Positions 35,168 through 40,691 of a DNA stretch of 40,691 bases are shown here, piece after piece. Source of the stretch: Flavobacteriales bacterium. Its GTDB lineage: Bacteria > Bacteroidota > Bacteroidia > Flavobacteriales_C > GCA-002722245. Where the stretch lies: NCBI GenBank assembly GCA_038154685.1, contig JAYPYW010000011.1, forward strand, positions 13,908 through 54,598, written 5' to 3'. Every line of letters starts with the position of its first letter. Positions within the stretch are counted from its first letter, which is position 1. The notes below the pieces were generated by a model. It made no database searches. It was not told where the DNA came from and saw only the letters and a list, made by a program, of their open reading frames with translations. The position numbers and the translations under genes are program-made.

Positions 35168-36073
35168 CTAGGCATTTATCATCAATCCTTTTTCAATCGC
35201 TTCTTCAAGGACTTTTGGCTCACTTCCTGGTCCAACAGATAATAACATCGCTCCCGTAGTAGGAACATTTCTAAAAGGCCTAATGCTTAATTCCCCATCT
35301 GGAGTTTGTTCAAAGAAAGTATATCCATCTTGATTTCCAATTTTTGTTACTCCTTTAACCCTTTGGATTGTTTTAGGAAGTTGGTCAACGATAACCTTAA
35401 TACTATCTTCATTAGGAAGATTTGGTAACTCAACGGAACATGAAGCCCAATGCGCTTTTAAATGGTCTAATTTTTCAGGATCGTTTTTTGAAGGTTCTAA
35501 TTTCGGTAAAAGAAATACATCTAACTCTTCTGAAGTAAGTACCTCAGCGGCGGAATTATATTGTTTCACAGATTCTCTTACTTCATTAATTCTTTTAGCA
35601 GAAATACCCTTTGTGTGAGTTAAAACAACAATAGAGGAAACTTGAATCTGACTTCTTTCCAACTCGTTATGCTCTCCCCTTCTTTGCCAGTTTTTCACGT
35701 CTACTACAGAAATTTGAACTGGGGGCAAAAACCTTTTTTCAATTCCAACACCTAAAAACCCCATCAATGAGCAAGCATCAGAAGTACCGTTTGCCTCAAT
35801 TAAAGTAATCCCATTTTTTCTTTCTGGAATTCTATTTACAAAATCTCTTAACTCAGCTATTCCGCTACAACAAATACAGCTTCCATTTAAGGCTTGAATT
35901 AATTTTGGATCTATCTTTTCCGCTAACTGTTGAGCGTCTAAAAAGGCATTTTCATAATCGTTAAGAATTACATAAGGACTCCAATCTCCCTTTACAAAAG
36001 TTGAAGCTAAATGGTTTAACAAGGTGGTTTTACCCGCTCCTAAAAATCCTACAATAGCAATGATTGGTTCCAT
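35168..36073 (-). CDS. CobW/COG0523 family GTPase metallochaperone
   Basis: GFLGAGKTT (Walker A), GSCICC (CxCC metal motif), IEANG, and RVKG in a shortened CobW_C domain. Confidence 0.92.
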   Translation of the reverse strand: MEPIIAIVGFLGAGKTTLLNHLASTFVKGDWSPYVILNDYENAFLDAQQLAEKIDPKLIQALNGSCICCSGIAELRDFVNRIPERKNGITLIEANGTSDACSLMGFLGVGIEKRFLPPVQISVVDVKNWQRRGEHNELERSQIQVSSIVVLTHTKGISAKRINEVRESVKQYNSAAEVLTSEELDVFLLPKLEPSKNDPEKLDHLKAHWASCSVELPNLPNEDSIKVIVDQLPKTIQRVKGVTKIGNQDGYTFFEQTPDGELSIRPFRNVPTTGAMLLSVGPGSEPKVLEEAIEKGLMINA

Positions 36074-36090
36074 ACTCTTAAATCTTATGC

Positions 36091-36123
36091 AAAAAAAATC
36101 CCGCTTTAACTGCGGGATTTTTT
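36091..36123. terminator. Intrinsic terminator after folE (bidirectional shape)
   Basis: AAAAAATCCCGC-tttaact-GCGGGATTTTTT with A/T tracts on both sides. Confidence 0.85.
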
Positions 36124-36131
36124 AATTCAAT

Positions 36132-36779
36132 TTATTCGCAGTGTTTGAGGAATTCATTCCTTACACTTTCTTTTAAAAATTCACCACCGTATTCAATCGT
36201 TACGGTTGAGCTAGTAACATCTTTAACTCCTCTTGTTGATACACATAAGTGTTCTGCATCACAAACAACAATTACGTTATCAGTTTCTAGTGCTTTTTTC
36301 AACTCGTCCAAAATTTGGATAGTTAATCTTTCCTGAACCTGTGGACGCTTTCCATAATACTGAACGATTCTGTTCATTTTAGAAAGTCCAATTACTTTAC
36401 CAGAAGAGATGTATCCAATATGCACCTTTCCCCTCATTGGTAAGAAGTGGTGTTCACAAGCTGAATCGAAAGAAATATTCTTTTCAACCAACATTTTACT
36501 GTATTGATACTTGTTATCAAATACCGAAATCGAAGGTTTGTTATCCGGGTTTAAACCACTAAACAATTCCTTAACGTACATTTTAGCTACACGTTTTGGA
36601 GTTCCTTTTAAACTATCATCTTCTAAATCCAAACCTAAAGTCTCCATGATTCCTTTAAAGTAACCTTGAATCTTTTCGATCTTTTCTTCATCAGACATAT
36701 CAAACGCACCTGGCACCATTGGTGTCTCAATGCTCGTCATAACATGGTTATCTCCTAATATATCGTCTCTATTATCCAT
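36132..36779 (-). CDS. folE: GTP cyclohydrolase I (type IA, zinc-dependent)
   Basis: TPKRVAKMY, CEHHFLP, GLSK.NR, PQVQERLT, HLCVSTRG. Confidence 0.97.
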   Translation of the reverse strand: MDNRDDILGDNHVMTSIETPMVPGAFDMSDEEKIEKIQGYFKGIMETLGLDLEDDSLKGTPKRVAKMYVKELFSGLNPDNKPSISVFDNKYQYSKMLVEKNISFDSACEHHFLPMRGKVHIGYISSGKVIGLSKMNRIVQYYGKRPQVQERLTIQILDELKKALETDNVIVVCDAEHLCVSTRGVKDVTSSTVTIEYGGEFLKESVRNEFLKHCE

Positions 36780-36814
36780 TTTGAATCCTTTAATAAAATC
36801 AGGCTTATTTTTTG

Positions 36815-36870
36815 CAAAATTAAGCTTTCTGTAGAAACAGACTGTTAAACCTATTTACTATGCAAAAGTA
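36815..36870 (-). promoter_or_regulatory. Two consensus -7 boxes upstream of folE
   Basis: Minus-strand TAATTTTG (36815-36822) and TACTTTTG (36863-36870) both match TAnnTTTG. Confidence 0.55.
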
Positions 36871-37036
36871 GGTTAAGAACCATTACCTTCCAACTCTAGT
36901 TGATAGATTAAAATTACCAAGTATCAGCTTTGCTTACAGATGACAAATTCTAACTACTTTTAATACTTGCAATTATTGATCGATTCTTTCTTGTAATTGC
37001 TTTTCCCACAACAAAACATCTTGTTGTAAATATGAA

Positions 37037-37513
37037 ATGTTAAATAATGACGGTGAATTTCTTTGGGCAAGTGAAGTCCGCAGATCGAACTCATTTAATG
37101 TTAACGGAGGAGATCTTGCAATCGACTCAGAAGACTATTCCTTATTTGCATCCAACATTTATTACTCCGAAGTAGATTTAAATCCGGAAGAAGGAACAGT
37201 TTTATCACTAGACTTAGGAGAAAGTGAATCTGGAATTTACACACAACGATTTGATTTAAGCTTTTTGAATAGTACCAACCAGGAATTCGAAAAACAAAAT
37301 ATTTCTCTTTTTCCCAACCCTACAAATGGGATACTTTTTATAAAAGGAAAAGTTGAAAGTATTGTTCTTTATGACCTATCTGGAAGGGAGATTTTCAATG
37401 CTAAATCACCCATAAATGAGTTAAATGTATCTAATATACCTCAAGGAACTTATCTACTTCAATTAGCATTAATAGATGGTTCCACTAAAACAGAAAAAGT
37501 AATAATTAAGTAA
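37037..37513 (+). pseudogene. 5'-truncated T9SS cargo gene (propeller-repeat remnant plus intact type A CTD)
   Basis: No signal peptide; begins mid-repeat (NNDGEFLWA...LAIDSE...VDLNP); CTD LFPNPT...YDLSGR...QGTYLLQL...EKVIIK. Confidence 0.65.
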
Positions 37514-37520
37514 ACTTTCT

Positions 37521-37549
37521 ATCCCCTTCTTCAAAAGTGAGAAGGGGAT
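37521..37549. terminator. Hairpin between convergent genes
   Basis: ATCCCCTTCT-N9-AGAAGGGGAT, a perfect 10-bp stem between two stop codons. Confidence 0.7.
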
Positions 37550-37553
37550 TAAA

Positions 37554-38204
37554 TTAATCTGTTACTTTTAGTTTCATGCCCCCTTTTACAAGTAGCCAAA
37601 AAGCTAAACTTAACTCTCCAATGGCCATTGGCAAGGCTAAAATCATTTCGATTGCTTCAACTGAACTAGAGCCAGGGTAAATCAATTTTAAAATTGAAAC
37701 AATAGTGTATGAAAATCCAGCTATTAATGTTGTAATCCATAGCCATTTGGGTATACCTCCGTGCTTTTTTGACAAAACACCTAATAGAATTATATGAATC
37801 CCGAAAAGTGAAAGTCCAAAAACCCAAACTGTTTGAAACCAATAAAAATTTTGCTGAATTTGAAAATCTGTAAGACTTTGGTGCGCTAAATTTTCAAACA
37901 AAAAGTAAGCTGCTATCGAGAATATTACAGAATATACAAGTCTTATTATACCCGATATTTTGGAAAGATATTTATCTGTTGGTGCAAAGAATTTATAAAA
38001 GGTATAGGAAACTATAAAATCTAAAATTATAGTAATTACTAGACCAAGTAAAACCTCCTTATAACCTGTTAAATGATTACCTAATTCGATTCCAGTATTA
38101 TTGGAAAAAAGAGGTAAATTATAACCAATATAATAACCTGCGACTATTCCCATAATAATCAGTGCCCCCCCCGTCAAAACTGCGTGAACTCTTAAACTAT
38201 TCAT
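37554..38204 (-). CDS. DUF4386-like multi-pass membrane protein
   Basis: About six hydrophobic segments; LD..VS...Y, RLVY, GL.LFGIH..LLG and GEL.LAFWLL.KG motifs. Confidence 0.75.
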   Translation of the reverse strand: MNSLRVHAVLTGGALIIMGIVAGYYIGYNLPLFSNNTGIELGNHLTGYKEVLLGLVITIILDFIVSYTFYKFFAPTDKYLSKISGIIRLVYSVIFSIAAYFLFENLAHQSLTDFQIQQNFYWFQTVWVFGLSLFGIHIILLGVLSKKHGGIPKWLWITTLIAGFSYTIVSILKLIYPGSSSVEAIEMILALPMAIGELSLAFWLLVKGGMKLKVTD

Positions 38205-38210
38205 AACTAA

Positions 38211-39194
38211 TTAAATTGCTTGATTAATGATTACTAAATTTCCTCTCTTGTGACCGGTATCAATTAAACGGTGTGCCTCACCAACCTTTGAAAGCGGAAA
38301 CTGACGATCGATAACTGTTTTTAAATCACCTGCTTCAGTAGTTTTTACCACCATTCCCATTAACTTTTTGATTTGAGGTAATTTCTCCATTCCTGTGGCT
38401 GCAAATTTGAATTGCTTATTGTTGAAAATCATGTTACAGATTTCAAATCCATGAAAAACTGGCGTTACAAATCGTCCATTTTCAGATAATGCATTCTTAG
38501 CTTTTTTAAATTTTGATAACCCTACAGTATCATAAATAACATCATACCTTCCAGTGTTTTTTGTAAAATCTTCTTTTGAATAATCTACTACAAAATCGGC
38601 TCCAAGCGACTTTACAAAACCAATATTTCTAGAGCTACAAACTGCAGTTACAATGGCCTCCATGGATTTAGCTATTTGAACTGCTGCTGTTCCTAATGCA
38701 CCTGAAGCGCCATTAATTAAAACGTGTTCTCCTGGTTGAACTTTTGCAATTGCTTGTAAAAAATTCATGGATGTTAAATGACCATCGCAAAATGTTGCTG
38801 CCTCAATAGGATCGATGGTTTCGGGTAAAGGAAGAACTAAATCTTTATCACTTACAGTAACATATTCCGCGTTTGTACTGAAGTTAAATAGTGTTTCTCC
38901 AAATACTTTATCGCCAACTTTGAAGTTAGAAACCTCAGATCCAACTGCTTCAATTTCTCCTGAGTACCCTACTCCTAAAATTGGCTTTTTAGGCTTAATT
39001 AAACCTGTAAACAATCTTGCGAAAAAAGGGTTTCCTGATCTAAGCATTGTTTCAGCTCGAGTTGCTGTAGATGCTATTACTTTCACCAAAATTTCATTGC
39101 TATTTGCTACTGGTTTTTCTACTTTTTTAATCTCGAATTTTTCCGGTCCACCATATCCTGATAATACTGCTGCGTTCATTTTTGTTAATTCCAT
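38211..39194 (-). CDS. MDR-family NAD(P)-dependent oxidoreductase (quinone-reductase-like; catalytic Zn ligands not evident)
   Basis: YGGPE, G..SG.IEAVG..V..FKVGD.V, VLINGASGALG.AAVQIAK, IDR.FPL..V.EAH...GHKRG. Confidence 0.92.
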   Translation of the reverse strand: MELTKMNAAVLSGYGGPEKFEIKKVEKPVANSNEILVKVIASTATRAETMLRSGNPFFARLFTGLIKPKKPILGVGYSGEIEAVGSEVSNFKVGDKVFGETLFNFSTNAEYVTVSDKDLVLPLPETIDPIEAATFCDGHLTSMNFLQAIAKVQPGEHVLINGASGALGTAAVQIAKSMEAIVTAVCSSRNIGFVKSLGADFVVDYSKEDFTKNTGRYDVIYDTVGLSKFKKAKNALSENGRFVTPVFHGFEICNMIFNNKQFKFAATGMEKLPQIKKLMGMVVKTTEAGDLKTVIDRQFPLSKVGEAHRLIDTGHKRGNLVIINQAI

Positions 39195-39249
39195 TTTTTG
39201 TTGTTTTAATGATTACACAACAAAGGAATGGAATGATTGAGCTGATTTA

Positions 39250-39292
39250 GTTCGGACTTTCATGGAATTGGTTCGGATTTATAAATCGGAAC
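39250..39292 (-). promoter_or_regulatory. Putative AraC-family operator (direct repeats 21 bp apart)
   Basis: GTTCGGACTTT (39250) and GTTCGGATTTA (39271), plus an inverted near-copy to 39292, lie between the AraC gene and the MDR gene. Confidence 0.6.
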
Positions 39293-39299
39293 TGATTTA

Positions 39300-39361
39300 C
39301 CCCCTCAGCCCTGCAGACAGCTTCCTCTAAAAGGTGGAGCTATCCGATAGGACTGAGGGGG
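39300..39361 (-). repeat. GC-rich 62-bp imperfect palindrome (REP-like stem-loop)
   Basis: CCCCCTCAGCCCT...AGGACTGAGGGGG outer arms with a second inner stem; abuts the AraC stop codon; no U tract. Confidence 0.65.
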
Positions 39362-40691
39362 TTAAGCAAAACGCTTCAAGTACTCCCCAGGAGTAATACC
39401 CTCCACTTTTTTAAAGTAGGTATTAAAAACTGTTTTAGAGTTAAAACCACTTTCGTAAGCTAATCCAATTAAAGAGAAATTGCTGGAAGATTGATCTTTA
39501 ACCAGATTTTTAAAATAGCTAATTCTGTAATCGTTAATAAAGGAATTGAAGTTCTTTTTGAAAACTGCATTTAAAACAAACGAAAGCTGGTTAGGATGAA
39601 TTTCTATACTTTTTGCCAAATCTCTTAAAGTGAGTTTTGGATTTAAAAATGCCTCGTTTTCCTCCACATAGGTAGTTAACATTTTTGCGTCGCTAAATGA
39701 TTGATTATCTTGAACAGATTCCTTAATCACATCTTTCCTTTCTGGTTTATTCTGCGGAACTTTTGTATCATATAATTTCGAGAACAGTCTTTTAAACTCC
39801 TCTTCCTCAAAAACTGATTCAACAATTGGGTCACCAAAGAAAATTAGCACTAAACTAATTTTATCGTTCTTCATGTTTCTCGCAACCTGGAAAGCTTCTT
39901 CTGTTTTACCCATTAAACAATAGGTGAAATACAAATAATTTTTAGCTTGTAAACCAAAAGGTTCCCTAGCAGCAATTTGAAGTTGATTTAAACACTTTTC
40001 GGCCTCTTCATTATTGCCTAAAGCAGTATGGGTAATACAAGTTAAACCTAATCTTTCATCGGGAATTAACATTTCAGCAGATATAGAATCTATAAATCTT
40101 AAATTGTCTTGATATCGCGCTGATTTAATTAAAGCATAAGATTTTGATACTATTGCAGGAAGATTAAACGGATTAATTTCAATCAAACTTTCAAACTGCT
40201 CAATAGCGCTTTTATACTCACCAAACCTATAATCAAAAACAGCCTTAAAGAATAATGTCTCTTGATTAAGGGGATCCAATTGTAAGGCTTCAGTAATATA
40301 TTTATTTGCCAGTTCTTTCTTTTGCGCAAGGGTATAAAAGAATCCTAAAAATTGTAATGCTTCAGGGAATGATGGATTTAATTCCACCGCTTTATGGGCA
40401 AAATTTAAAGCCTCCTTAAAATTTCCTTGAGTAAAAAAAGCTGCATTTGATTTTAAATAATGAACTCCAGCGTGATTTGGGTTGAGGCCATGAGCAATTT
40501 CAGTATGCTTTAGGGATATTTCCCAAGCCTCCATTGGACTCATATAATTGGTTGTTGCTAAAAAACTATAGCTATCAGCAAGTCCAATATGTGCATCTAT
40601 GTTATTAGTTTCTGCTTCTACAACTTCCTTAAATAGATCGATTGATTTTTCAACATCTTGAGGGTTCCATTTGTAAAACAAAAACTTTGAT
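39362..40691 (-). CDS. AraC-family regulator with TPR repeats (5' end outside the window)
   Basis: Frame is open to the window edge. TPR-like helices; C-terminal LNPKLTL.DLA...LS..LN....NF..FIN.YR...LAYESGFNSK..FN.YFKK..G.TP.EY. Confidence 0.93.
   Translation of the reverse strand, partial: SKFLFYKWNPQDVEKSIDLFKEVVEAETNNIDAHIGLADSYSFLATTNYMSPMEAWEISLKHTEIAHGLNPNHAGVHYLKSNAAFFTQGNFKEALNFAHKAVELNPSFPEALQFLGFFYTLAQKKELANKYITEALQLDPLNQETLFFKAVFDYRFGEYKSAIEQFESLIEINPFNLPAIVSKSYALIKSARYQDNLRFIDSISAEMLIPDERLGLTCITHTALGNNEEAEKCLNQLQIAAREPFGLQAKNYLYFTYCLMGKTEEAFQVARNMKNDKISLVLIFFGDPIVESVFEEEEFKRLFSKLYDTKVPQNKPERKDVIKESVQDNQSFSDAKMLTTYVEENEAFLNPKLTLRDLAKSIEIHPNQLSFVLNAVFKKNFNSFINDYRISYFKNLVKDQSSSNFSLIGLAYESGFNSKTVFNTYFKKVEGITPGEYLKRFA

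Noticed and set aside
1013-39240. Numerous antisense or alternate-frame ORFs in the track (e.g. 1013-1366, 7231-7734, 16190-16516, 38815-39240)
   Set aside because: They lie wholly or almost wholly inside well-supported genes and show no recognisable motifs; they are shadow ORFs.

Overview
AT-rich (roughly one-third GC) chromosomal region of a Bacteroidota bacterium, probably a marine Flavobacteriia/Cytophagia-type organism. This is inferred from the many type IX secretion (T9SS) C-terminal domains, TAnnTTTG promoters and A-rich translation initiation regions. Left to right: the 5' end of a katG with a lipoprotein signal peptide; three T9SS cargo genes (NIDO/LamG protein, CBM plus beta-helix protein, GH16 plus lyase-like multidomain enzyme) with an rsgA remnant between the last two; a translationally coupled operon (giant PKD-repeat adhesin with type B CTD, PorP/SprF, PorE-like OmpA); a metal/redox cluster (Cys-rich 'KPP' leader-like ORF, an unannotated exported metallothionein-like 52-aa peptide, OsmC, a POTRA-less Omp85 barrel, a T9SS-secreted multicopper oxidase); a serine hydrolase; a Crp/Fnr gene bracketed by 18-bp inverted operators with mirror-image promoters; another T9SS cargo; a Zur-boxed TonB receptor/His-Glu lipoprotein/Fur-family operon facing cobW and folE; and an AraC-TPR regulator/MDR oxidoreductase/DUF4386 unit. 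No rRNA, tRNA, CRISPR array or intact mobile element was seen. All calls come from reading motifs by eye; no database searches were run.
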